Shown: positions 21,452 through 32,958, counted from the stretch's first letter. The stretch: DNA of 64,000 nt from Thermoanaerobaculia bacterium (GCA_963719225.1 CAVRAY010000002.1:416001-480000); one strand, 5' to 3'. Numbers and translations are program-made. Notes: generated by a model from the letters alone, not told the origin.

Positions 21452-22181
21452 AATCGACGAGAACCGGCGGTGGACCCGGGGCGTCGAGGAGCGCGAAGGC
21501 AGCCTCGAGGATCCGGGTCTGCAGCGCGGCATCGCCCGGCTTCCCGAGCGGATACCCGAGCGCGTAAGGCACCGCGAGAGCGCGAGGCGTTCGCACCTTC
21601 TCGGTGACCTCCTTGAGCATCGTGACGGACGTCGTCGCGATGCCGCGCCTCTCGAGCTCGCCCGCGATCAGACCGACGGTCTGGTGGCACATGGGTCAAA
21701 GCGGGACGAGGAACGCCGCGTCGACGCCGTCCGCCGCGAGGAGCGCGGCGGCCGCTGGCGCCGTTTCCTTCACGAGCCGCCCGGGCGCCGTGATCGAGCC
21801 CATGAAGGAGAGGGCGCGGCCGTTCAGCGAGCCGATCTCTCCCTTCGCCACCATCTCGCGCAGCCTCTCGAGCGGAAAGCCGAGATTGCGGTCCGCCCGA
21901 AACCCGCTCTGGTCGAACGCGTCGGATTTGTGCGCGATTCCGAGCGTCGCAACCTCCGCGTCCGCCGGGATCTCGCGGAACGACACGTCGCAGCCCTTCA
22001 ACTCTTCGGTGTCGAACGGAACCTGCGACGGCAGGTGAACGCCCCCCGTCGTCACGAGCGCGACGCGCGCCTCGTGAAGCGGTTTCGCAAGCCTCGTGAA
22101 CGGCACGGGATCGAGCGCACGGTACCGGTACATCGCCATGAAGAGCCGGTTCTTGCGCGACAGGTCCGAAAGGCTCGCCAT
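21444..22181 (-). CDS. glycine/sarcosine/betaine/proline reductase selenoprotein B family protein (PrdB/GrdB-like), Sec at TGA 21696-21698
   Basis: ORFs 21696-22214 and 21444-21692 are in the same frame, joined by TGA: FLVPL-U-PMCHQTVGLIAGELERRGIAT. N-terminal KPL..ARVALVTTGG and FPL motifs; SECIS-like hairpin follows. Confidence 0.85.
21660..21698 (-). promoter_or_regulatory. bacterial SECIS element candidate
   Basis: UGA, 12 nt, then CAGACC-GUC-GGUCUG (21683-21669) with G first in the loop; possible CCC/GGG lower stem. Confidence 0.7.
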
Positions 22182-22212
22182 GCCCTCAGTATGACGAAAT
22201 ATGATCGCGCCC

Positions 22213-22770
22213 ATGCACGTTCCCGCCGTCCTCGCGCTTCTCGCCCAGCTCGTCTCGTCGCACGCCGCGCCTTCCGCCGCGGCCTCGACTCCGGCGCCCG
22301 TCTATCCCGTGACATCGGGCGGCGGCCTGACATGGGCCGTGCCGAAGACCTGGGTGCCGGGACCCTCCTCCGCGATGAGGCTCGCGACGTACTTTCTCCC
22401 CGCGTCTGCGGGCGACGCCGAGAGGCCGGAGATGGCCGTCTTCTGGTTCGGGCCGGGAAAGGGCGGGACCGTCGACGCGAACGTGGAGCGCTGGTTCTCG
22501 CAGTTCGCCGCATCTCCCGGCGACCCGAGGCCGACGCGCAGCCTCACGCGGATCGGCTCGCTGCCCGTCACGCTCGTGAAAGCGGCGGGAACGTTTTCCG
22601 CAGGCGCCGGGATGGGCGCCTCGTCCGCGGCGAAGAGCGGCTTTGCGCTCCGCGGCGCGATCGCCGAGGGCCCGAACGGAGCCGTGTTCTTCAAGCTCAC
22701 CGGCCCGCGGCGAAGCGTGGCGGCCGCCGGAAAGGACTTCGACGCCCTCGTCGCGAGCCTCAAGCCCTGA
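22213..22770 (+). CDS. hypothetical secreted protein
   Basis: Signal peptide; GGTVDANVERWFSQF and FFKLTGP look like conserved motifs. TATGAT 7 nt before the ATG. Confidence 0.7.
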   Translation: MHVPAVLALLAQLVSSHAAPSAAASTPAPVYPVTSGGGLTWAVPKTWVPGPSSAMRLATYFLPASAGDAERPEMAVFWFGPGKGGTVDANVERWFSQFAASPGDPRPTRSLTRIGSLPVTLVKAAGTFSAGAGMGASSAAKSGFALRGAIAEGPNGAVFFKLTGPRRSVAAAGKDFDALVASLKP

Positions 22771-22782
22771 CAACCGGCCGGA

Positions 22783-24392
22783 TCATCTGATTCCGTACGT
22801 CGCGAGGAAGTGCGTGGGGCCCGGCTTTCGCGCGACGGCGTGGTCGGGATTCGCGGCGAGGTGCTCGAGCACCTTGAAAACCGTCTCGGTCTCCTCCGGC
22901 GCTTCGAGAGAGGCCGCGATGCGCTCGGCCGTCCGGAAGATTCCCTTCTCCCGCTGCAGGTCCGCGAGAAGCCTCGCCTGCAGGGCGAGCACCTGTGCCG
23001 CGGCTTTCTTTCCGGCCTCGACGCCGGGCTGGTGATACGCATTGATGCCGATGAGCTGCGCGTAGAGGCCGACCGTCCGTTCGTAGAGCGCGATGAGAGT
23101 TCCCACGGAGCGCGCGGAAGCGTCCGGAAGGGTGAGCGTGATCGAGCCCCGTCCGTTCTCGTAAAGCGCCTTCCGCGTTCCGAGGAGAAAACCGTGGAGG
23201 TAATCGCCCGAGGTCACGTCGGGCTCGACGGCGAGAGACACGGCGGCGTTCTCGCGGTCGCAGGCGACCTCGACGAACGTCACGAAGAAATTCGGGACTC
23301 CCTCGCGGAGCTGCTGGACGTAAGCATGCTGGTCCGTCGAGCCCTTGTTGCCGTAGACGGCGATGCCCTGCCGGACGACGTTTCCGGCGAGGTCTTTCTC
23401 CTTCCCGAGCGATTCCATGACGAGCTGCTGGAGGTAGCGCGAGAATAGGAGGAGCCGGTCCTTGTAGGGGAGGACGACCATGTCCTTCAGCCCTTTTCCC
23501 CCGTCTCCCGGTACCACGCGAGCGCGAGCATCGCCGCGGGGTTCTTCGAGACCTCTCCGACGCGCGTCGCCTCGTCGCACGCGGCGGCGCCGGCGAGAAG
23601 TCCCTCCACGTCGAGCCCCTGGAGCGCCGCGGGCAGGAGGCCGACGGCGGAAAGCTCCGACGTGCGTCCGCCCACCCAGTCCCACATCGGGAAGCGGTTC
23701 AGCCAGCCGCCGCGCGCGGCCACCTCGTCGAGCTCGCTCGCCTTGCCCGTGACGGCGGCCGCGTGCCTCGGAAAGTCGAGGCCCGCGCGGCGGTAGGCGT
23801 CCGCCGCCTCCAGCATCCCGTTCCGCGTCTCTTTCGTTCCGCCCGACTTCGAGATCACGACCGTGAGCGTCGCGGGCAGGCCCCCTTCGGTCGACGCGAT
23901 GCGCGACAGCTCGCGGGCCATGCCGTCGGGATCGGTGTTGTCGAAGAAGAACGGCCGCATCGGGTCGCGCGGCGAGCCGAGCGCGTCCGCGACGAATTGC
24001 GGCCCGAGAGCCGAGCCGCCGATGCCGACGACGAGGAGATTCGTGAACCGCGGCGCCTTCTGGGGCTTCGGGGAGCCGCCGTGAACGGCGTCCGCGAAGG
24101 CCTCGATTCGCGCGAGCGTCTCTTTGATCGCCTCTTTCGTCTCCGCGTCGGGGGCGCGCTCCGGCGCGCGCAGCCAGTAGTGGCCGACGCGCCTTCCCTC
24201 GTCGGGGTTCGCGATCGCGCCGGCCTCGAGGGCCTCCATCGCGGCGAACGCCGCGGGAAACGCGGAATCCACGAGCGGGTCGCGATGGAGAGCGTCGTCC
24301 TGGAGCGACGTCTTCGAGAGGTCGACGAGGAGCGAGAGGGACGGCACGTGGAGAGAGAGGGCCTGGTAGCGCTGCCACGGATGGAGGCTCAT
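22783..24392 (-). pseudogene. pgi: glucose-6-phosphate isomerase with a 1-base frameshift near 23490-23502 (sequencing error, pseudogene or recoding)
   Basis: N half has [18 protein letters not shown] and WVGGRTS. C half in the -1 frame has [19 protein letters not shown] and [12 protein letters not shown]. Confidence 0.9.
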
Positions 24393-24432
24393 GCGCGAAG
24401 ACTATCCTTCCCGGTGCAAAACGGAGGTGGAG

Positions 24433-25404
24433 ATGGCCGCTCGAACGCACGGCGAGATCACGCTCGGGATCGATCTCGGGGGGACGAAGATCCTCGCGGG
24501 CGCGGTGGACGGCGCGGGGAAGATCGTCGGGCGCGGCAAGCTCAAGACCCCCTTCGCGGACGGCGTCGGGGCGATCGGCGAAGGGCTCGTCGCGGCCGCG
24601 GACCTCGCGCTCCAGGAGGCCGGCATGCCGCGCGAGAGCGTCTCGGCGCTCGCGGTCGCCTCGCCGGGCGCCGTGGATGCCGAGAAGGGGCTCGTCCTCC
24701 ATGCCGGCAACCTGTCCGCGACGAACTGGCCGATTCTCGAGGCCATGCGCGGGGCGTTCCCGAAGGCGCGCCGCCGCCTCGAGAACGACGTGCGGCTCGC
24801 CGCGCTCGGCGAGGCGCGCCTCGGTGCGGGCCGGGGCGCCGAGACGATGGTCGCCGTCTGGGTCGGCACGGGCATCGGCGGAGCGGTCATCCGCGGCGGG
24901 AAGATTCACAAGGGGCAAAACCGCAACGCGGGCGAGATCGGGATGACGCGCATCGACTTCCGCCGCGTGAAGCCGGGTTCCTTCGAAGGGACCCTGGAGA
25001 GCATCGCCGCGAAGGTCGGAATCACCGCGTGGCTGCGGAGAAAGATCGGCCAGGGCGAGAAGACCTGCCTCGAGAAGGCCGTTTCCAAGGAGGGGGCGCG
25101 GCTCAAGGGCTCCCAGCTCCGCGAGGCCGTCGAGGCGAGGGACGCGCTCGCGCTCCGCGCGCTCGCCCGCTCCGCGAAAGCCGTCGGTGTCGTGGTTGCG
25201 AACGTCTTCAACGTCTTCGCACCCGACCTCTTCGTCCTCGGAGGCGGCGTCGCGGTGGACGTCGGAGACTCGTATCTCGCCGACGTGAGGAAGTGGGCCG
25301 ACACGTTCGCCTACACCCAGGCACTCGGAAAGCTCCGGATCGAGCCGGCCGCGCTGGGCGACGATGCAGGCCTTCTCGGAGCCGCGCTGTACGCGCGCGA
25401 ATAG
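24433..25404 (+). CDS. ROK family sugar kinase (glucokinase-like)
   Basis: [27 protein letters not shown] and [10 protein letters not shown]; SD GGAGGTGG; divergent from pgi. Confidence 0.9.
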   Translation: MAARTHGEITLGIDLGGTKILAGAVDGAGKIVGRGKLKTPFADGVGAIGEGLVAAADLALQEAGMPRESVSALAVASPGAVDAEKGLVLHAGNLSATNWPILEAMRGAFPKARRRLENDVRLAALGEARLGAGRGAETMVAVWVGTGIGGAVIRGGKIHKGQNRNAGEIGMTRIDFRRVKPGSFEGTLESIAAKVGITAWLRRKIGQGEKTCLEKAVSKEGARLKGSQLREAVEARDALALRALARSAKAVGVVVANVFNVFAPDLFVLGGGVAVDVGDSYLADVRKWADTFAYTQALGKLRIEPAALGDDAGLLGAALYARE

Positions 25405-25427
25405 CCTTCTGGCACAATCGGCCGGTT

Positions 25428-26177
25428 ATGGGCTGTACCGGCTGCTCCCTCGGAACTTCCACGAACCCCGGCGGAAACTACGTGGGCGTGCGCCTCGCCG
25501 ACGCGATGGACGGGAAGACGGCGCTCGTCTTCACGGGCGAGATCGCGGTCAAGCCGGGGGAACGCATCATCGTGGAAGCCGAGAACGGCCCCGAGTTCGC
25601 GGAGGTCACGACGACGACTCCGGTCCTCGCGAAGGCGTGCTCGTCCAAGAAAGCGAAGCGCTTCCTGAGGCTCGCCTCCGACTCGGAGTACGCCGATTAC
25701 GTCGAGAGGGTCGAGCTCCAGGATGCAGCCCGCCTCTTCACCGATGCGGCCGTCGCCGAGCTGAAGCTGGACGTCCACGTCGTCAAGTGCGCGGTCGGCT
25801 TCGACCGGCGGCGGATGACGGTGCTCTACACGTCCGAGAAGAAGCCCGAGACCCGGGAGCTCGCCCGAAGGATCTCGGACCGCTTCGAGATCCGCGTCGA
25901 GATGAAGTCGATCGGGGTCAGGGACGAAACGAAGCTGATCGGCGGGATCGGCTCGTGCGGCCTGACGCTCTGCTGCTCCACATGGCTCAAGAGCTTCCAT
26001 CCCGTGGCCATCAAGATGGCGAAGATGCAGGGCCTGACCCCGAACCCCTCGAAGCTCACCGGCCAGTGCGGGCGCCTGAAATGCTGCGTCGCGTACGAGC
26101 TGGAAGGCGGGATCGAGGCCGCCCGCCGGATGAGCCACGGCGGCGACCGGGCACGTTCGGCTCCGCCCGCCGCCTGA
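25428..26177 (+). CDS. PSP1/RicT (YaaT-like) protein
   Basis: IGVRDETKLIGGIGSCGLTLCCSTW...KMAKMQGL...KLTGQCGRLKCCVAYE. Confidence 0.9.
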   Translation: MGCTGCSLGTSTNPGGNYVGVRLADAMDGKTALVFTGEIAVKPGERIIVEAENGPEFAEVTTTTPVLAKACSSKKAKRFLRLASDSEYADYVERVELQDAARLFTDAAVAELKLDVHVVKCAVGFDRRRMTVLYTSEKKPETRELARRISDRFEIRVEMKSIGVRDETKLIGGIGSCGLTLCCSTWLKSFHPVAIKMAKMQGLTPNPSKLTGQCGRLKCCVAYELEGGIEAARRMSHGGDRARSAPPAA

Positions 26178-26273
26178 GGATTTTTCGGGCCTCGCTTTTC
26201 CGGCGGCGCGCGGAATAGACTCCCTGTCAAGTTCGTTCCCCTTCCCATGGGTCCCCCCAGAGGAGTCCTCGAC

Positions 26274-26708
26274 ATGGCTTCGGTGAAAAAGCCGCCGACC
26301 CCGGAAGAGCCTTCCGCCCCCGCGGAGGGGGCGGCGGAGCTGGGCCCGCGGAAGCTCATCCGGCCCTCTTTGGCCCGGGTCCTGCGCGACCAGGGCGTCC
26401 CGTCGCGCGGCCCCTCGTCGCGAAAAATCGTCCCCCCGGAGCAGACGAACGCCGAGGCGTACTACTACCTCAAGCAGATGCAGAGCAAGACGCCCATCGT
26501 CGTCCGCCTCGTGGACGGCGAGGAGCTGCGCGGATGGATCGAGTGGTACGACAAGGACGTCATCAAGCTGAACCGCGAGTACGGGCCGAACCTGCTCATC
26601 CCCAAGCGTTCCATCAAGTACCTCTTCAAGGAAGAAGAGGAGCGCCAGCACAAGAGAAGGCTCAGGCCGCCCGGCACGCCCTCCGAGGGGCCCTCGGGAG
26701 CCGGCTGA
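26274..26708 (+). CDS. Hfq-like Sm protein, divergent
   Basis: [22 protein letters not shown] (Sm1) and [10 protein letters not shown] (Sm2) motifs; long low-complexity N-terminus. Confidence 0.75.
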   Translation: MASVKKPPTPEEPSAPAEGAAELGPRKLIRPSLARVLRDQGVPSRGPSSRKIVPPEQTNAEAYYYLKQMQSKTPIVVRLVDGEELRGWIEWYDKDVIKLNREYGPNLLIPKRSIKYLFKEEEERQHKRRLRPPGTPSEGPSGAG

Positions 26709-26732
26709 CCCCTGTCCTTCCCGGAGGTCGAC

Positions 26733-27233
26733 ATGAGATTCGAGCTCCTTCAGTCGCTCAGGGAGTACATGATCGCCTCGTACACGGGACACCATGCCGA
26801 CGGCCTGTGCGTGTGCGCGGTGATCGGTTTCGCGAACAACAGCTTCTCCCTCAACTCGCGCCAGATGACCCTCCTCTCCATGAGCGTTCCGGCGGTGCAG
26901 AAGCCGAACAGCGTTCTCGAGCTGTATGGCCGGACGGATCGAGCCGGCTCGGACGAGTACAACATGGGCCTGGCGCAACGGAGGCTCGGGGCGGTCCAGA
27001 ACGCTCTCGTCACCGTCGGGGCGCCTCACGACAAGGTCTTCACCGGCCTCTCGAAGGCCCTCGGCGAGAACTTCGAAGCGTTTTTCGGAGTGGCGGACGG
27101 GCAACGCGAGGCCGGCGGACGAGCGGTCTGGTCGTTCCTGTGGCCCTCCAAGGCCGCGTTCGAGGAAGGGCCGGACGACGAGTCGTCCTTCCGGGACCTC
27201 GTGATGTTCGGCCGGAACTTCACGCCGCGCTGA
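26733..27233 (+). CDS. OmpA/MotB C-terminal-like domain protein with no evident signal peptide
   Basis: GFANNSFSL...LYGRTDRAGSDEYNMGLAQRRLGAV...LGE follows the OmpA_C pattern; SD GGAGG. Confidence 0.7.
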   Translation: MRFELLQSLREYMIASYTGHHADGLCVCAVIGFANNSFSLNSRQMTLLSMSVPAVQKPNSVLELYGRTDRAGSDEYNMGLAQRRLGAVQNALVTVGAPHDKVFTGLSKALGENFEAFFGVADGQREAGGRAVWSFLWPSKAAFEEGPDDESSFRDLVMFGRNFTPR

Positions 27234-27308
27234 GAGTCGCGGGCAGGCCGGGAGGCCGGTAGACTCCGAGGCTTGCGGCCCGCCGCGAAAGGACTGACGA
27301 GACGACAC

Positions 27309-28718
<1,410 letters not shown>

Positions 28719-28857
28719 TCCGGTTCAGGGTCCGGCTTCGCGCGGACGAAAGGCCCAGAACTCCCCCCGCGATCCCGGGCACGAGCAGGCGTCCGTCCGG
28801 GAATTCGCGTCTTTTCCTCCGGCGAAGCACCCCTGGACGCCGTCGAGGACGAGGCAG

Positions 28858-28908
28858 AGGGTCCAGGATCTCGAACGGACCGAGCCGCGTTCCGGGAGCG
28901 AGGGGCAC
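28858..28908 (-). pseudogene. N-terminal relic of a Hanks-type Ser/Thr protein kinase
   Basis: MPLAPGTRLGPFEILDPL matches the typical start MxLxxGTRLGPYEIxxPLGAGGMG, then similarity ends. Confidence 0.55.
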
Positions 28909-28923
28909 TGAAGAAAGGATACG

Positions 28924-29502
28924 TCAGCGTGCGAGCCACGAAACGCCGACGACGCCGGAGTAGAAGCTCAGTCCGGGGTTGTCCGATCCCGCGAGGCCGA
29001 GATTCGAGACGTGGACGCGCCGGATGCCGAGAGAGACGACGCGATCGGGTCCGGCCCGGACGAGGACGAGGCCGGCGAACTCGTCGAGGAAGTTGAACCG
29101 CGAGCCCTCGGCGGGAATCCGCGAGAACCCCCAGAAGATCCCGACGGCTCCTTCGAGCCTCAGACCGAAACGCGCATCCTTCGACATCCACGTCCAGGAG
29201 AGAACGGGCGCGGCGGCCACGGCGTACGCGACCTCGCGCGGGCGGCCCGGCAGATCCACGCGCGTCTGGTTCACGACGAAGAGCGGCGTGAATTCGATGC
29301 CCAGCGAGAAGCGGGAGCCGAGCGGAGAATCGCGCGTCACGGAAAGCGTCGCCGCCTCCGCGAAGCCCTGCGACCGAGGCGCGGACGCCTGGCCGTAGGA
29401 CGCGAAGACGTGCCACTCCTGGGCGAGGGCACATTCACCTTCTAAGAAAAACAACGGTGCGGCAAGCAAGAACGCAGCACGACGCGAGAGGGTCCGAGTC
29501 AA
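28924..29502 (-). CDS. acyloxyacyl hydrolase / PagL-like lipid A deacylase beta-barrel
   Basis: SRFNF...HVSNLGL..DNPGL catalytic H-x-S-N motif, signal peptide, aromatic C-terminal strand; TTG overlaps the upstream TGA. Confidence 0.75.
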   Translation of the reverse strand: MTRTLSRRAAFLLAAPLFFLEGECALAQEWHVFASYGQASAPRSQGFAEAATLSVTRDSPLGSRFSLGIEFTPLFVVNQTRVDLPGRPREVAYAVAAAPVLSWTWMSKDARFGLRLEGAVGIFWGFSRIPAEGSRFNFLDEFAGLVLVRAGPDRVVSLGIRRVHVSNLGLAGSDNPGLSFYSGVVGVSWLAR

Positions 29503-30860
29503 TCCGGCCTCTTGACGACCTTTCCGCGCGAAACCACCGCGACTACTTTTTCCGTCGCCTTGATGTCCTTCAGCGGATCGCCCGCCACGGCCACGAGGTC
29601 GGCTGCACAGCCGGGCGCGAGACAGCCCAGGTTGCCCGCTTGCCCGAGAAGATCGGCCGCGACGACGGTCGCCGTGCGGAGAGCGTCCCACGGCGTCATG
29701 CCCCACGCGACCATGAAGGAGAACTCCTCGGCCTGGTTCCGCTTGTCCCAGTCGAAGCCGCCCGCGTCCGTCCCGAAAGCGATCGGTGCGCCCGCTTTGT
29801 AGGCGCGCTTGAAGGAATCCTGCGAGGCGGCCCAGAGCTGGTCCCAGATGGGGTTCGTCTTCGACCGCGGGCCCTTCACGAAGTCCGCGACCGTGATCGT
29901 CGGGCAGTACGCGACTTTCCGGGCGACCATGGCCTTCACGGTCTCGTCATCCAGCACGTCGCCGTGCTCGAGGGAATCCACGCCCGCCGCGAGCGCGACA
30001 CGGTGGCCGGACGGCGTCATGGAGTGAGCGGCGACCTTCTTCCTCAGTTTGTGGGCCTCCTCCACGATGGCCTTCATCTCGTCGGACGTGAAGTTCGGGA
30101 TCGCGGCCCAGGCACCGTCCGGCGTCCGGTAATAGCTGCGGTCCGCGTAGACCTTGATCCAGTCGACGCCGTTCTGGACCTGGAAGCGCACGGCCCTGCG
30201 GCAGTCGTCCGGCCCGTCGCACTTCAGGACGCCGTCGGGCATCTTTCGCTCCCAGGAGTAGCCGAGGAGGGGATAGCCGCCCGTGACGCTCATCGCGGGA
30301 CCCGACGTGAAGACGCGTGGTCCCGGGAGGATGCCTCGGTCGAACGCGTGCTTGAGGTCCACGTCCGCGAAGCCCGCGCCTTCGGTCCCGAGGTCGCGGA
30401 CCGTCGTGAAGCCGTGGTCGAGGGCGATGCCCGCGGCCCGGGCGGCGCGCAGGGCCCGATACGGGCCCGATTCGAGGAGCACCTGCTCGTCGTACTCGGT
30501 CGACGTCGCGTCGCCCTGGAGGAGGAGATGCGTGTGCGCGTCGATGAAGCCGGGGAGACAGGTATAGGAAGAGAGATCGAGGGCGGCGGCCGTCTTCGCG
30601 GCAGCCTCCGCTCCCGCCGGGACGCCGTCGGGGGATTTCTTCGAAGGTGAAGAGGGCGTGGGTGCGGGCGAAGCTCCCGATGGAGCGAGGCGCGCGACCT
30701 TTCCTCCTTCCAAGAAAATCTCCACGTTCGCCTTCGACGATCGCGTCCCCGGATCCAGAAGGGTCCCGCACCGAACGACCAGGGGCGCCTCGGCGGCGAC
30801 GAGACTCGTGGCGGCGAACACCGGCGCGGCGAGAACCAGCAGAAGATCCCTCGTTCGCAT
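29499..30860 (-). CDS. secreted metal-dependent amidohydrolase (Xaa-Pro dipeptidase-like)
   Basis: PGFIDAHTH, GFTTVRDLG, IKVYA, AAH, EHG and FGTDAG; signal peptide. Confidence 0.9.
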   Translation of the reverse strand: MRTRDLLLVLAAPVFAATSLVAAEAPLVVRCGTLLDPGTRSSKANVEIFLEGGKVARLAPSGASPAPTPSSPSKKSPDGVPAGAEAAAKTAAALDLSSYTCLPGFIDAHTHLLLQGDATSTEYDEQVLLESGPYRALRAARAAGIALDHGFTTVRDLGTEGAGFADVDLKHAFDRGILPGPRVFTSGPAMSVTGGYPLLGYSWERKMPDGVLKCDGPDDCRRAVRFQVQNGVDWIKVYADRSYYRTPDGAWAAIPNFTSDEMKAIVEEAHKLRKKVAAHSMTPSGHRVALAAGVDSLEHGDVLDDETVKAMVARKVAYCPTITVADFVKGPRSKTNPIWDQLWAASQDSFKRAYKAGAPIAFGTDAGGFDWDKRNQAEEFSFMVAWGMTPWDALRTATVVAADLLGQAGNLGCLAPGCAADLVAVAGDPLKDIKATEKVVAVVSRGKVVKRPD

Positions 30861-30899
30861 TTGACGGAGCCTCCATTCCAAAGCAGGATGCCGGGGATT

Positions 30900-31469
30900 A
30901 TGAGCCGCGTCGACGACCTGAGGCGGGCCCGGGATCGCATGGAGGCGGTGAGGGCCGAGATCTACGCGACCGTGTCCGGAAAGTCGGACGCCGAGCTCCT
31001 CTGCCCGCCACGCGGCGGCGGATGGTCGGCCGCGGAGGTTCTCGATCACCTCCGGGCGGCGGAGGGATCGCTCGTGAGGGCCCTGAGGAAGTTCGAAAAG
31101 GGAGAGCCGACGCGCGTGCCCAGGGTCGCGTGGTGGTACCGCCTGCCGATCTCGCCGTTCTTCTGGCAGATCCGGTTCACGGCGCCGAAGCTCGTCCGCC
31201 CGCGGCCCCGCGCGGAAGTGAGTCCGGCCGAAGTCCTCGAGGCTCTCCGGACCTCGCGCTGCGACCTCTTCGCGCTCGCGGAGCGCATGGGCGAAGAACG
31301 CTTCGCCGCGATGGTCTTTCCGCACTTCCTCCTCGGACGCTTCAGCGGCGTGACGTGGTTCCGATTCATCGGAAAGCACGAGGCGAGGCACCTCGCGCAG
31401 ATCCGCCGCGTCCTCGCGGGCCCGAAGGTGCTCCGGTGCGCGCCCGCCTCCGAGCGTCGGCTCGCTTAG
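30900..31469 (+). CDS. DinB family protein
   Basis: WSAAEVLDHL, FPHFLLG and HEARHLAQI. Confidence 0.85.
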   Translation: MSRVDDLRRARDRMEAVRAEIYATVSGKSDAELLCPPRGGGWSAAEVLDHLRAAEGSLVRALRKFEKGEPTRVPRVAWWYRLPISPFFWQIRFTAPKLVRPRPRAEVSPAEVLEALRTSRCDLFALAERMGEERFAAMVFPHFLLGRFSGVTWFRFIGKHEARHLAQIRRVLAGPKVLRCAPASERRLA

Positions 31470-32902
31470 CGCGCGCCGCGGCCCGTCAGGACGGTTGGAA
31501 TCGTGCGCAGGAGGATCTTCGCGTCGAGGCCGAGGCTCCAGTTGTCGATGTAGGCGAGATCGAGGTTCATCCACTCGTTGAACTCGGCGATCTCGTTCCG
31601 TCCCGACACCTGCCAGAGTCCCGTGACGCCCGGCTTCATCGAGAGCCGGCGGCGCTGCCACCTCTCGTAGCGCGCGACTTCCTCGGGGAGCGGCGGGCGC
31701 GGCCCTACGAGCGACATTTCGCCGCGCAGGACGTTCCAGAGCTGCGGGACCTCGTCGAACGAGAAGCGGCGGATGAGGCGGCCGAACGCCGTGAGGCGCG
31801 GATCGTTCGCCGCCTTGAAGACGGGGCCCTCGTGCTCGTTGAGGTGCGCGACGCCGGGCATCAGCTCCTCCGCCCCTTCGACCATCGTCCGGAGCTTGAC
31901 GAGCGTGAAGGGCCGGCCGTTCAGCCCGCAGCGCGTCTGGCGGAAGAGCACCGGCCCTTTCGACGTGAGCTTGATGGCGAGCGCCGCGAGCGTGACGGGT
32001 ACGACGGAGACCAGGCCGATGAGGACGGACAAAGAGATGTCGACGGCGCGTTTGACGAGGAGCGCGACGCCCTCGCCCGGTGTCGTCGAGAACGTGAGGA
32101 GCGGCGTCCCCTCGAGCTCCTCGAGCTCCACGCGCGCGAGCACGTGGGGGAAGAAGTCGAGGACGAGCCGCGTCTTGACGCCCATCTCCTCGCAGAGAAG
32201 GAAGATGTCCTCGAGCTTCGGCAGGTCGCCGCGGTCCACCGCGAGGATGACCTCGTCCACGGTGAGCTCCGTCAGGATCTTCGGAAAGTCCTGGAGGGAG
32301 CCGAGAAGCGGCACCCCGTTCGCGGTCGTCGTCTGGCCGTCCTCGGCGGGCTTCTCGCGCACGAGGCCGAGGAGCTTCAGCCCCCACCACGGGTGCTCCC
32401 GAATGAGGCGCGCCATCGAGGCGGCCCGCGGCGTGTCGCCCACGAGGACGACGGTGCGGAAATTGAAGCCCAGCGAACGCACGCGACGCGCGACGAGACG
32501 GACCGTGACGCGCACGGACACGAGGAAAAGGACGTTCACGACGAAAAAGATCGCGAGGAACGGCCGCGAGATGAAGTCCCAGCGAAGGCCGAAGACGACG
32601 AGGGCGAGGAGGAGGCTTCCGAAGAAGGACGTGCGCGTCATGAGCGCGACCTCGTCCTTGAGGCGCAGCGTGCGGTGGCTGCGATACGCCCCTTCGAGGA
32701 AGAGGAGGCCCGAAAAGATCAGCACGATGGGCCCCGCGAGGACGAGGTAAAAGTTGAAGTCGTAGAGCGGCGTGAGCCGGCTGAAAAGGTGGGGCAGGAG
32801 CTCGCTGCGAACGACATAAGCCACGGGCAGCGTCGCGAGGGTGACGCTCAGGTCGGCCGCGTACAGAAGGGCGGCGATCGTCCGGGCCTGCTGCTTCAGC
32901 AT
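31466..32902 (-). CDS. priming polyprenyl-phosphate sugar phosphotransferase (WcaJ-like)
   Basis: Five TM segments; KRAVDI, KLRTM, DPRLT, DEVPQLWNVLRGEMSLVGPRP, KPGVTGLWQVSGR and DLAYIDNWS. Confidence 0.93.
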   Translation of the reverse strand: MLKQQARTIAALLYAADLSVTLATLPVAYVVRSELLPHLFSRLTPLYDFNFYLVLAGPIVLIFSGLLFLEGAYRSHRTLRLKDEVALMTRTSFFGSLLLALVVFGLRWDFISRPFLAIFFVVNVLFLVSVRVTVRLVARRVRSLGFNFRTVVLVGDTPRAASMARLIREHPWWGLKLLGLVREKPAEDGQTTTANGVPLLGSLQDFPKILTELTVDEVILAVDRGDLPKLEDIFLLCEEMGVKTRLVLDFFPHVLARVELEELEGTPLLTFSTTPGEGVALLVKRAVDISLSVLIGLVSVVPVTLAALAIKLTSKGPVLFRQTRCGLNGRPFTLVKLRTMVEGAEELMPGVAHLNEHEGPVFKAANDPRLTAFGRLIRRFSFDEVPQLWNVLRGEMSLVGPRPPLPEEVARYERWQRRRLSMKPGVTGLWQVSGRNEIAEFNEWMNLDLAYIDNWSLGLDAKILLRTIPTVLTGRGAR

Positions 32903-32958
32903 TCGGAGACGGGGGGCCCCGCCTGCCGAATGCTAGCAAGGGCCGGGATTTCCGGGTT

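Noticed and set aside
23487-23489. pgi internal TGA as selenocysteine
   Set aside because: Homology continues in the -1 frame, not in frame, and there is no SECIS-like hairpin.
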